Source: an archaeon
GTDB lineage: Archaea > Iainarchaeota > Iainarchaeia > Iainarchaeales > 1-14-0-10-31-34
DNA: 32,000 bases
Reading direction: 5' to 3'
Assembly (NCBI GenBank): GCA_024277355.1
Contig: JAJRVL010000004.1
Span: forward strand, 60,001-92,000
This document shows positions 7,793-16,617 of this stretch, piece after piece. A program made the position numbers and the translations under genes. The notes beneath the pieces are model-generated. The model had not been told where the DNA came from and did no database searches. It saw only the letters and a list, made by a program, of their open reading frames with translations. Within the stretch, counting starts at the first letter, position 1. The number at the start of each line of letters is the position of its first letter.

Positions 7793-8928
7793 TTTTTCAT
7801 CTTTTCGTCATATAATTCTTTTATTGTTTTAACTAAAACTGAACTTGCAATTAATTGTATTCCAATAAACAACGAAGTCAAGCCAAGTAATGGAATAGTA
7901 AAATGAATTGAATTTGAACTAAATAAAACTAATGCAAAACCTAAAACAAAAAAGAATATTCCTGTTAAATTATATTTAGATAAAATATATCTATCATAAG
8001 CCCATTTATAGACTATAGCTGTGTTTAATTTCCTGTAAAATAATTTTGAAACAAAATTTGCAAGAAAACCAAAAAAAACCAATGAAATTCCAACTAATAA
8101 AAGTGAAGTAATTAAAAAAATTCTTCTTAATCCAAATGCATCAAAAGTCATTCCAGATAAAAGGAAAGGATAAAATAAAATTATGCCTGCTAAAATAAAT
8201 AATATTCCAATTGAACCAAATAATTTTAATGGATTATATAATTTTACTACTTCAAGAATTGAAAACAAAAAATTAAATCCATGTTTTACACTGTTTAATT
8301 TTGAATCTCCTGTTCTTTCAGAATATTTTATTGGAGTGAAATCTATTTTCCATTTTTTGTGGACTGCCATTGTAGTCATTGCAGGTGTAAAAGAAAGCCC
8401 GTTAGGCAAAGAATCAAATTGCAACGCTAATTTTCTTTTTAGTACTCTCATTCCTGAAGCAGTGTCTTTTACCTGAGAACTCCCAAAAAAATTCAATAAC
8501 CAAACAAACATTTTATTTCCAATTAATCTTTGAGCAGGCATTTTTGTTCCTTTACCTAATCTTGATCCAATAACCATTTCAGAATTTTTTAATAATAAAA
8601 ATGAAACAAGATTAGTCATTTCTTTTATTGGATAAGTTCCATCTGCATCATAAAACGCAATTAAATCTGAATTAGAATTTTTTATGCCTGTTTTTATTGC
8701 TGCGCCGTAACCTTTGTTTTTTTCATGTTCAATTAATTTAACTTCAGGAATAAACTTTTGAATTAAATTTTTAGTTTTATCTGTTGAACCATCATCTACA
8801 ATAATTATTTCAACTTCTTTTACTGTTGTTCGATTAATTATTCTTTGTTTTTCTGCTAATGACTGGCGGATAGTTGAAGAAATAGCTTTTTCTTCATTTA
8901 AAGCCGGAATAATTATTGTTAATTTCAT
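7789..8928 (-). CDS. membrane-anchored GT2; polyprenyl-phosphate sugar synthase type (DPM1/GtrB/ArnC-like)
   Basis: IIIPALNEE, VDDGSTDKT, KNKGYGAAIKTG, FYDADGTYP (DxD), DTASGMRV, SFTPAMT, YSERTGDSKL, then about four C-terminal TM helices. Confidence 0.8.
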   Translation of the reverse strand: MKLTIIIPALNEEKAISSTIRQSLAEKQRIINRTTVKEVEIIIVDDGSTDKTKNLIQKFIPEVKLIEHEKNKGYGAAIKTGIKNSNSDLIAFYDADGTYPIKEMTNLVSFLLLKNSEMVIGSRLGKGTKMPAQRLIGNKMFVWLLNFFGSSQVKDTASGMRVLKRKLALQFDSLPNGLSFTPAMTTMAVHKKWKIDFTPIKYSERTGDSKLNSVKHGFNFLFSILEVVKLYNPLKLFGSIGILFILAGIILFYPFLLSGMTFDAFGLRRIFLITSLLLVGISLVFFGFLANFVSKLFYRKLNTAIVYKWAYDRYILSKYNLTGIFFFVLGFALVLFSSNSIHFTIPLLGLTSLFIGIQLIASSVLVKTIKELYDEKMKK

Positions 8929-8965
8929 GATACCAAAATGTTTTAATAGAAAAGAATCTATTATG

Positions 8966-8995
8966 ATTACTTAAATAATGAATTACTTTAAATAA
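8966..8995. promoter_or_regulatory. tandem TATA-like elements in a divergent intergenic region
   Basis: ATTACTTAAATAA (8966-8978) and ATTACTTTAAATAA (8982-8995) lie between the divergently transcribed GT2 (start 8928) and the ABC ATPase (start 9028). Confidence 0.3.
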
Positions 8996-9027
8996 AAAGT
9001 TATGTGAAAGAAAAATGGTGTTTTTAA

Positions 9028-9765
9028 GTGGATGAAAAAATCATTGAAATTAAAAATTTAAGAAAAGAATTCAAAACAAGCTTAAATCCGGTTTCTTTAA
9101 TTGAATTCTTTTTTCCTAAACATCGAACTACAATTGCAGTTGATTCACTTAATTTAGATATCTTTAAAGGAGAAACTTTAGGTTTATTGGGGCCTAATGG
9201 TGCAGGAAAAACCACTTTAATTAAGTTAATTACAGGTATTTTATATCCAACTTCAGGTGAAACGAAAATTAAGGGAAAACAGATTGAAGAACAAAAAAAA
9301 ATAATTGGATTAATGTTAGGCTATGACATGATTTATTATCGTATGACCGGCTATGACAACTTAAAGTATTTTGCAAGAATCTACAAAATAAAAGATTTTG
9401 ATTCAAGAATAAAAGAATTAAGTGAATTACTTGAATTTAAAGATTATTTATTTGAATACGTAGAAAATTATTCTTTAGGAACAAAATCAAAATTAGCTTT
9501 AGCAAGAGCAATGATTCATGCTCCTGAAATTCTTATTTTAGATGAACCAACTTTAGGTTTAGATATTAATGTTTCTGAAAAAATAAGAGGACATATCCAA
9601 AACTTAGGCAAAACAATAATCCTTACAACTCATTACGAAAAAGAAGCAATAGAATTATGCGACAGGATTGCATTAATTAATAACGGAAAAATAATCAGAT
9701 TAGAAAAAAAAGAAAAATTCAATGAATTACTTAAAGAATTTTCTGAATTAGGGGAAACAAAATGA
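9028..9765 (+). CDS. ABC transporter ATP-binding protein (ABC-2/Wzt-like, nucleotide-binding domain only)
   Basis: Walker A GLLGPNGAGKTT, Walker B ILILDEPTLGLD, H-loop TTHY. The signature region YSLGTKSKLALARA is a variant of LSGGxxxR. GTG start. At 245 aa there is no extra C-terminal domain. Confidence 0.9.
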   Translation: MDEKIIEIKNLRKEFKTSLNPVSLIEFFFPKHRTTIAVDSLNLDIFKGETLGLLGPNGAGKTTLIKLITGILYPTSGETKIKGKQIEEQKKIIGLMLGYDMIYYRMTGYDNLKYFARIYKIKDFDSRIKELSELLEFKDYLFEYVENYSLGTKSKLALARAMIHAPEILILDEPTLGLDINVSEKIRGHIQNLGKTIILTTHYEKEAIELCDRIALINNGKIIRLEKKEKFNELLKEFSELGETK

Positions 9766-10559
9766 ATGAATTTTTTCATGAAATAACTGCAATAACCAAA
9801 AAAGAATTTAAGTTAAATATTAGATTTAAGACAGCTTATTTATTGAATACTTTTGTCAGTCCTGTTTTATCAATTATTCCTTTAATTATAATTTATTATG
9901 GGTTTTTGCATTATACTGATGCAACAGATTTTGGAGGAATAAATTTATCTAATTATATTGCTTTCTTAAGTTTTGGTATTGCAGCACAAGCTTTTTTTCA
10001 TACAGGAACAAATGTTTTTGCAGTGAGATTCAGAGAAGAAAAATACTGGAGAACAATTGAAGCATTATTTATTGCACCAATAAATTATATTTCGTTAATT
10101 ATTGGAGTTGGAATTAATGTTGCATTAAAATTACTGCCTTTACTTTTAATTTTTATTTTAATTGCATCTGCATTTACTGTTCCTTCAATAACACAGGTTT
10201 TGTTTGTAATAATAATTCTGTTATTGCTTTTGCTTTTTTGTCTTGGAATTGGATTGATTTACGGAGCACTAACCTTGTTTTCAGAAAACTTTGATCCTTT
10301 TTTCAGGTATTTTTTTGCTATGTGGGTTTTATTAAGCTGTTTTGCTTATCCAATAACAATAATTCCAGAAAGCTTTAGAACAATAATCCTGTTTAATCCA
10401 GTTTATCATGCAGTTAATTTTGCAAGAGAATTATGGATTAATAATTTCTTTGATTTAGGTGCATTTCTTTATGTTTTAGGTTTTGCAATAATCATGCCTG
10501 TAATATCAGTTTACATATTTAAAATGGCGTGGAAAAGAATGGAAGTACAAGGCTACTAG
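9762..10559 (+). CDS. ABC-2 type transporter permease (Wzm-like)
   Basis: 265 aa with about 6 TM helices. Its ATGA overlap with the upstream ATPase stop suggests translational coupling. Confidence 0.75.
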   Translation: MNEFFHEITAITKKEFKLNIRFKTAYLLNTFVSPVLSIIPLIIIYYGFLHYTDATDFGGINLSNYIAFLSFGIAAQAFFHTGTNVFAVRFREEKYWRTIEALFIAPINYISLIIGVGINVALKLLPLLLIFILIASAFTVPSITQVLFVIIILLLLLLFCLGIGLIYGALTLFSENFDPFFRYFFAMWVLLSCFAYPITIIPESFRTIILFNPVYHAVNFARELWINNFFDLGAFLYVLGFAIIMPVISVYIFKMAWKRMEVQGY

Positions 10560-10561
10560 TT

Positions 10562-11194
10562 TTATTTTTTTCCAACAAAAACAAAACTATAAGTGAATTC
10601 TTTTGGAATTAATTTTCCTAAAGGATTATGCGTGTGCTTGTCAGTTTTTTCAATTAAAAAATATTTTTCAATTAATTTTTTCCATTCATTAAAAGAAGCA
10701 AGTCTTTCATTTGGCTGGTGTGCGGTAGCAGGATTTAATTTAAACAAAATAAAATTTAAATTAGGAACATAAATCAAAATTTTCCCGTCTTTCTTCAAAA
10801 CTCTTTTCATTTCACTTAAAGCATTCTCCATATCAATAAAATGCTCTAAGCTTCCTAAACAAACAACAAAATCAAAAAAATTATTTTTAAAAGGAAGACT
10901 TGAAGCAGAACATAAAGTTAATTCAGCCTTGGAAATTTTTTTTGCATTATTTAAAGCAACAGAACTAAAATCAACTCCAAAAGTTTCAGTAAACTTTTCT
11001 GCTTGTTTTAAAAAAAATCCTCCGCCGCATCCAACATCCAACAGTTTTTTATCAGATTTTTCTTTTAGGCCTAAATACTTCAGCATTAAAGAATTATATT
11101 TAATTGAAGTTTCAAACACTCCAAAATCAGAAAATCGTTTATTATACCATTGCTTTGCTTTTAAATCAGAATCAAATTCCATTCTTTCAAGCAT
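10562..11194 (-). CDS. class I SAM-dependent methyltransferase
   Basis: Motif I KLLDVGCGGGFF, FDFVVCLGSLEHF, LKKDGKILIYVPN (Methyltransf_11-like). Confidence 0.85.
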   Translation of the reverse strand: MLERMEFDSDLKAKQWYNKRFSDFGVFETSIKYNSLMLKYLGLKEKSDKKLLDVGCGGGFFLKQAEKFTETFGVDFSSVALNNAKKISKAELTLCSASSLPFKNNFFDFVVCLGSLEHFIDMENALSEMKRVLKKDGKILIYVPNLNFILFKLNPATAHQPNERLASFNEWKKLIEKYFLIEKTDKHTHNPLGKLIPKEFTYSFVFVGKK

Positions 11195-11246
11195 ACATCA
11201 GATAAAGAAACTAAATAATTAAATAAGATGCTTTAGATTATCTTTT

Positions 11247-12278
11247 ATGCCAAAAATTTCTGTTATAATATGTCAAAGAAATTCAGAAAAATTCATTGAA
11301 AAATGCATTAATTCAGTAATTCAACAAGACTTCAAAGATTTTGAATTAATTATAGTGGATGATTATTCAACTGATAACACAAAACGAAAAATAAAAGAAA
11401 TAATTAATGAATTAAAAGAAAAAGAAACAAAAAATTCAGAAGAAAAAACAAAAAAATTAAATTCAGAAAAATCACTTGCACAAAAAAAACAAATTAAATT
11501 AATTGAACTTCCATTTCATTCAGGAATAAGCAAAGCAAGAAATTCAGGAATAAAAAATTCTTCAGGAAAAATAATTGCTTTTATTGACTCAGATGCTTTC
11601 CCAAAAAAAAACTGGTTAAAAGAATTATTAAATGGATTTCAGGAAAATGTTGTTTCAGTTGGCGGACCAAATTTAGTTCCAATAGATTCAGGGAAAAACG
11701 AAAAAATATTTGATGAAGTTCTTGAATTAATTTCAGTTTTTGGTTCAAATTATGTAAAGAATTCAGATAAAATAATTGAAGTAAAACATAATCCTTCCTG
11801 TAATTCAGCTTATACAAAAAAAATTCTTGAAGAAATGAAAGGATTTAATGAAACACTTTCAAGCAATGAAGACCCTGAATTAGATTTCAGAATAAAAAAA
11901 ACAGGAAAAAAAATTGTTTTTAATCCAAAAGCAGTAGTTTATCATCATAGAAAAGATTCAGTCAGCAAAATTTTCAGGCAGGCTTTTTGGTTTGGAAAAG
12001 GAAGAATACAGGTAATAAAAATTCACTCAGAATTAGCTGAATGTTTTAGAATAATTCCTTCAATGTCAATTCTTGCATTAATTAATTTGTTTTTTTATGG
12101 ATTAATTGTATCTGAATTAAAATGGTTTTTTTATTTTATTTTTCTTTTATTTTCTGTTTTAATTTTAATTTCTTTTATTGCAGTAATTAAATTCAAAAGA
12201 TTTTCAATTAAATATTTCTTGTTTTTAACTGCATGGTTTTTTGGTTATGGTTTTGGAATGCTCAGAGGGATTAAATGA
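11247..12278 (+). CDS. glycosyltransferase family 2 with C-terminal TM helices
   Basis: SVIICQRNSEKFI, IVDDYSTDNT, SKARNSGI, FIDSDA (DxD). A Lys/Glu-rich insert occurs at about nt 11406-11492. The C-terminal tail is hydrophobic. Confidence 0.85.
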   Translation: MPKISVIICQRNSEKFIEKCINSVIQQDFKDFELIIVDDYSTDNTKRKIKEIINELKEKETKNSEEKTKKLNSEKSLAQKKQIKLIELPFHSGISKARNSGIKNSSGKIIAFIDSDAFPKKNWLKELLNGFQENVVSVGGPNLVPIDSGKNEKIFDEVLELISVFGSNYVKNSDKIIEVKHNPSCNSAYTKKILEEMKGFNETLSSNEDPELDFRIKKTGKKIVFNPKAVVYHHRKDSVSKIFRQAFWFGKGRIQVIKIHSELAECFRIIPSMSILALINLFFYGLIVSELKWFFYFIFLLFSVLILISFIAVIKFKRFSIKYFLFLTAWFFGYGFGMLRGIK

Positions 12279-13426
12279 AAATTTTAATTACTTCAATGTT
12301 TTATAAAAAAAGTTTTGGGCAGGGTTTATGTGCAGAAAAATTAGCTGAATTTTTATCTAAAAAAAATAAAGTGACAGTTTTTCATGGAGAAAAAACTGAA
12401 TTTAAAAATAAAAAAAACCTTGAAATAAAAAAAATTAAATCAAGCAGTATTAAAGGATTAGATATTTTATCTTTTTCATTTAACTTAAGCAAAAAAGTTT
12501 TAGAAGAAAAATTTGATGTAATTTATGCACAGGATTATTCGTTAGGTTTAACTGATTTTTCTAAACTTAATACTCCTTTGATTTATCATGCAAGAGGAAC
12601 AGTAAAAGGAAACTCAATAAACAGACCTAAAAGTGAATTAACCATTGAATTAATGCGAAAAATGATTATTCCTTTAATGATTAATATGGACAAAAACTGC
12701 TGTGAAAAAGCAAAAACAATTATTGCTGCATCAGAAACAATCAAAAAAGAAATTAAAGATTACTATAAAATTTCAGGAAAAAAAATCAAGGTTGTTTCAG
12801 ATGGAGTTGATTTAAAAAAATTCAGGAAAACAAAAAAACTTAAAAACAAAACAAAAAAATTAAAGAAAAAACTAAAAACAAAAAACAAGAAAGTTTTGTT
12901 GTTTGCAGGAAGATTAGTTCCTCAAAAAGGAATAATTTTTTTAATTAAAGCAATGCCTGAAATAACCAAAAAAATTCCTGATGTATTACTTTTAATTGCA
13001 GGAAGCGACACAAGCCAAGGATACAAAAAAGAATTAGATAAAGAAATCCATAAACTTAAAGTCAAAAAACACGTAAAGTTTTTAGGTTATATTAAACAGG
13101 AAAAAATGCCTGAATTAATTGAATTAAGTGATTTAATTGTCAGTCCTTCAACTTATGAACCAATAGGAATAATTAATATTGAAGCCATTTCTTTGAATAA
13201 ACCAGTAATTATTCCAAAAACAATTGGTTCAATTAATACATTAAAAGATTCAGCAGTAACAATTAATCCAAATAAACCAAAAGAAATCTCTAAAGCAGTA
13301 ACAACAATTCTTTCTTCAGAAAAACTACTGAAAAAACTTTCAGCTAAAGGAAGAATTAATGCAAAAAAAGTTGAATGGAATAAAATTGGAAATAAAGTGG
13401 AAGCTATACTGAGGGAAAACAAATGA
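12275..13426 (+). CDS. glycosyltransferase, GT4 (GT-B) family
   Basis: LLFAGRLVPQKG, YEPIGIINIEAISLNKPVII. The inter-domain linker is Lys-rich (about nt 12815-12892). ATGA overlap with the upstream gene. Confidence 0.8.
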   Translation: MKILITSMFYKKSFGQGLCAEKLAEFLSKKNKVTVFHGEKTEFKNKKNLEIKKIKSSSIKGLDILSFSFNLSKKVLEEKFDVIYAQDYSLGLTDFSKLNTPLIYHARGTVKGNSINRPKSELTIELMRKMIIPLMINMDKNCCEKAKTIIAASETIKKEIKDYYKISGKKIKVVSDGVDLKKFRKTKKLKNKTKKLKKKLKTKNKKVLLFAGRLVPQKGIIFLIKAMPEITKKIPDVLLLIAGSDTSQGYKKELDKEIHKLKVKKHVKFLGYIKQEKMPELIELSDLIVSPSTYEPIGIINIEAISLNKPVIIPKTIGSINTLKDSAVTINPNKPKEISKAVTTILSSEKLLKKLSAKGRINAKKVEWNKIGNKVEAILRENK

Positions 13427-14382
13427 TTTCAATTATTATTCCTGCATTTAATGCAGAAAAAACAATAAAAAAAACCCTTGATTCATTACTTGAACAAACT
13501 TTAAAACCAGATGAAATAATTGTAATTAATGACGGTTCAAATGATTTAACACAAAAAATAACTGAAGAATTAATGCAGAAAAATAATTCAATTAAACTAT
13601 TTAACAGAAAAAATGCAGGAATAAGTGCAAGCAGAAATTTTGGTGCAGAAAAAGCTTTAGGAGAAATAATTGTTTTTTTAGATTCAGATGTTTTAGTTGA
13701 AAAAAAATGGCTGGAAAAATTAATTGTTCCATTAAACAACAAAGAAGTTTTTTGTGTTTGCGGAAAGTATTCAATTGAATTAAATAATTCCCTTACATCA
13801 GATTTTTTTTCTTTTATTATAAGCAGTTCTTCTTTTCAGGGATATAATATTGCTTTCAGAAAAAAAGATTTTATTGAATCAAAAGGATTTAACAAAAAAA
13901 TGAAGTACTGCGAGGACCCTGAATTTTTTTTGAAAGCATTTCTTTCAGGAAAAAAACTGGAAAAAACTACAGCTGAAAGCTTTCATAGAAGTTATTCTTT
14001 AACTGAAAGAATTAAAGCAAACTTTAAGTATTCTTTTTTTGATGCAGTATTATTCAAAAAAAACCCGTATTTTTTAATTAATCCTTTTAATTTAATTAAT
14101 CTGCCTGAAAACGTAAAATTAATTTTTGGTTTTTACTGGGTGTTATTTTTTTCAGTTTCTTTTTCATTAATTTCTTTTGTTTATACAAAAAACATTTATT
14201 ATTTTATTTTTCTTTTTATTCCTGCATTAATTGGATGCATTAAAATAATTTCAGCTAAAAACAATGCAAAACACAAAAACAATTTTTTGTTTGTTTTAAT
14301 TTATTCATTTTTCCTGTTATTTCTTTTTTCTTTTGTTAAAGGAACAGGATTTATTAAGGGATTAATTCAAAATAAGCATTAA
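13423..14382 (+). CDS. glycosyltransferase family 2 with C-terminal TM helices
   Basis: SIIIPAFNAEKTI, VINDGSNDLT, SASRNFG, FLDSDV (DxD). The C-terminus is hydrophobic. Confidence 0.8.
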   Translation: MISIIIPAFNAEKTIKKTLDSLLEQTLKPDEIIVINDGSNDLTQKITEELMQKNNSIKLFNRKNAGISASRNFGAEKALGEIIVFLDSDVLVEKKWLEKLIVPLNNKEVFCVCGKYSIELNNSLTSDFFSFIISSSSFQGYNIAFRKKDFIESKGFNKKMKYCEDPEFFLKAFLSGKKLEKTTAESFHRSYSLTERIKANFKYSFFDAVLFKKNPYFLINPFNLINLPENVKLIFGFYWVLFFSVSFSLISFVYTKNIYYFIFLFIPALIGCIKIISAKNNAKHKNNFLFVLIYSFFLLFLFSFVKGTGFIKGLIQNKH

Positions 14383-15433
14383 TGTGTTTTTCTGATACAG
14401 CAGTTAAAGAATATTTCTGTTTCACTAATTTTAATCCATTATTTCCCATTTTATTTCTTAATAAAGGATTAAGCAATAATTCTAATGCAACAGTTAATTC
14501 ATCAGTTTTTTTTGGAGGAACTAAAAAACCATTAAAACCATCAACTATAACTTCTTTTATTCCTTCAATTGAAGTTCCAATTACAGGTTTTCCACAGGCC
14601 ATTGCTTCAATTAAAACTAAACCAAAAGCTTCGGATGAAATTGAAGGCAAAACAAGAACATCAACTGAATTCACAGCATCAATTACTCCTTTTTCACTGA
14701 ACTTTCCTGCAAAAACCACGTCTTTTGCATGCATTTTTTCTGCTATAGACTCATAATATTTGTATGTTGTGTCAAGAAAAGCAGGATTTTCCTTGCCAAT
14801 GATTACAAGTTTTTTATCTTTAGTTTTAATTTCATTAAATGCATTAATCAGATAGGGAATTCCTTTATTTGAAGCAAGTCTTCCTAAAAACAACACAATA
14901 AAAGATTTTTTTCCTAAATTCAGTTTTTTTCTCAATAAAAGCTTTGATTTAGGAATTTGTTTAAATAATTCAGTGTCAACTGAATCAGGAATTAATTCAA
15001 TTTTTTTAAAACCTAATTCCTTCAAAATGCTTTCTTCTCTTAAAGTTAAAGCAAAAATTTTATTAAAATTCATTAATTTATGAACAAAAAAATTAATTTT
15101 TTCTCTGAATAAATTTCTATTATAATCAAAATGAGGAGTAATTATGCAGGGAGTTTTAGTTAATTTACAGTAAATCCATGGAAAAAAATTTATTATCCTA
15201 AATCCATGAAAATGAACTATTTCCGGTTTTAATTTATTTAATTCAAAAATTAAATTAAAACCCAAAGAAAAATTTTTTGAATTAAATTTAAATAAGTTTT
15301 TTGTTAATCCATTCTGATTTAATACAAAGACTTCATGTCCTTTAGAAGAAAAACTTTTTCTGAAATTTTCAATTACTTTTTCTATTCCTCCAATATTAGA
15401 GTAATATTGTTTTGAAATAAAAGCTATTCTCAT
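14354..15433 (-). CDS. glycosyltransferase, GT4 (GT-B) family
   Basis: N-terminal GGIEKV, VLFLGRLASNKG, SEAFGLVLIEAMACGKPVIGTSIEGIKEVI...GFLV. Confidence 0.85.
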   Translation of the reverse strand: MRIAFISKQYYSNIGGIEKVIENFRKSFSSKGHEVFVLNQNGLTKNLFKFNSKNFSLGFNLIFELNKLKPEIVHFHGFRIINFFPWIYCKLTKTPCIITPHFDYNRNLFREKINFFVHKLMNFNKIFALTLREESILKELGFKKIELIPDSVDTELFKQIPKSKLLLRKKLNLGKKSFIVLFLGRLASNKGIPYLINAFNEIKTKDKKLVIIGKENPAFLDTTYKYYESIAEKMHAKDVVFAGKFSEKGVIDAVNSVDVLVLPSISSEAFGLVLIEAMACGKPVIGTSIEGIKEVIVDGFNGFLVPPKKTDELTVALELLLNPLLRNKMGNNGLKLVKQKYSLTAVSEKHINAYFELIP

Positions 15434-16617
15434 TTAACCACTTTATTATAAATTTCAATTGTCTTGTCTGATATTTTATTCCAATTCAATCTGTTTTCAG
15501 TTTCTTTTAATGCATTAAAAGAAATTTTTTCAGCAAACTTTTTATTTTCTAAAACTATTCTTAATTTTTCTTTTAATTCTTTTTCATTTCCAGGTTCAAA
15601 TAAAAATCCTGTTTCATTATCTTCAATTAAGTCAGTAAATCCCCCTGCATTAGATGCAATAACAGGTTTTTCTGAATTCATTGCTTCAGTTGCAATACTG
15701 GAACAAGGTTCAGGCCATAAAGAAGGAATTACAATTACATCAGAAAAAGGAATAAATTGTTTTCTTACTTTTTCATTTGGAATTTTTTCAAAAAAAATCA
15801 CATTACTTAGATTATTTTTTTCAATAAATAATTTCATTTCATTAAAATATTTTTCTTCAGCATAACTAAAAACAAAAACAAATAATGCATTAATGTCTTT
15901 TGCAGTTTTAAGCAGAATTTTTGCTCCTTTTTCTTCAATTAAGCTTCCTAAAAACAAAACTATCTTTTTATCTGAATTAAATGGATTAATTCCTTTTTGT
16001 TTTACAAAAGCCGAAACATTAGGAATAACTGAAATTTCTTTTTCTTTTTTTAATTGAATTGAATTTTTTACTTCTGAACTAACAGCAATAATTTTATCTG
16101 CCTGTTCAGCAGAACTTCTTAAAATCCATCTCTTTAATTTCATTGAAGTTTTATTTGAATTCATGCATTTAGTGCATCTTTCTATTGGATAATCCATGCA
16201 AATTTTATTTTCATAAAATCTTCTTCCTTTAACACAATTAATCCAGTTACCGTGAACAGTCAAAATTAGCGGAACTTTAAACAGTTTTAACGGCAGAACT
16301 GAAAGCAAAGAAAAAGGATCATGAACATGAATTAAATCATATTTTTTTTTTAAATAAAGCTGTAATGCTTTAATAAAAAAAGGAATAACAAGATTTTTTC
16401 CTTTAACTGAAAGTTCTTGTTGTTTTTTTATTCCTGAATTAACTCTAAAAACATTAATTAAACCAATTTTTTCAGAGGACTTTGCATTACCAATTTTTGT
16501 CGTTAATACATCTGTTTCAATATTTTTTTGATTTAATTGCTTTGACAAGTTAAATACATGCTGTTCAATTCCTCCTAAAGAAGGAAAAAAAATTGGAGTA
16601 ATCATTAAAACTTTCAT
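15430..16617 (-). CDS. glycosyltransferase, GT4 (GT-B) family with a four-Cys insert
   Basis: LGGIEQHV, LFLGSLIEEKG, PEPCSSIATEAMNSEKPVIASNAGGFTDLI...GFLFE. Insert: C128-x11-C140-x7-C148-x2-C151. Confidence 0.85.
   Translation of the reverse strand: MKVLMITPIFFPSLGGIEQHVFNLSKQLNQKNIETDVLTTKIGNAKSSEKIGLINVFRVNSGIKKQQELSVKGKNLVIPFFIKALQLYLKKKYDLIHVHDPFSLLSVLPLKLFKVPLILTVHGNWINCVKGRRFYENKICMDYPIERCTKCMNSNKTSMKLKRWILRSSAEQADKIIAVSSEVKNSIQLKKEKEISVIPNVSAFVKQKGINPFNSDKKIVLFLGSLIEEKGAKILLKTAKDINALFVFVFSYAEEKYFNEMKLFIEKNNLSNVIFFEKIPNEKVRKQFIPFSDVIVIPSLWPEPCSSIATEAMNSEKPVIASNAGGFTDLIEDNETGFLFEPGNEKELKEKLRIVLENKKFAEKISFNALKETENRLNWNKISDKTIEIYNKVVK

Noticed and set aside
16342-16351. Homopolymer tracts inside two GT4 genes (T10 at 16342-16351; A11 at 19552-19562) as slipped-strand phase-variation switches
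   Set aside because: Both simply encode KKK runs in a genome where AAA is the dominant Lys codon and Lys tracts are everywhere. Without read-level length heterogeneity there is no evidence of phase variation. It is worth a glance in read pileups only.
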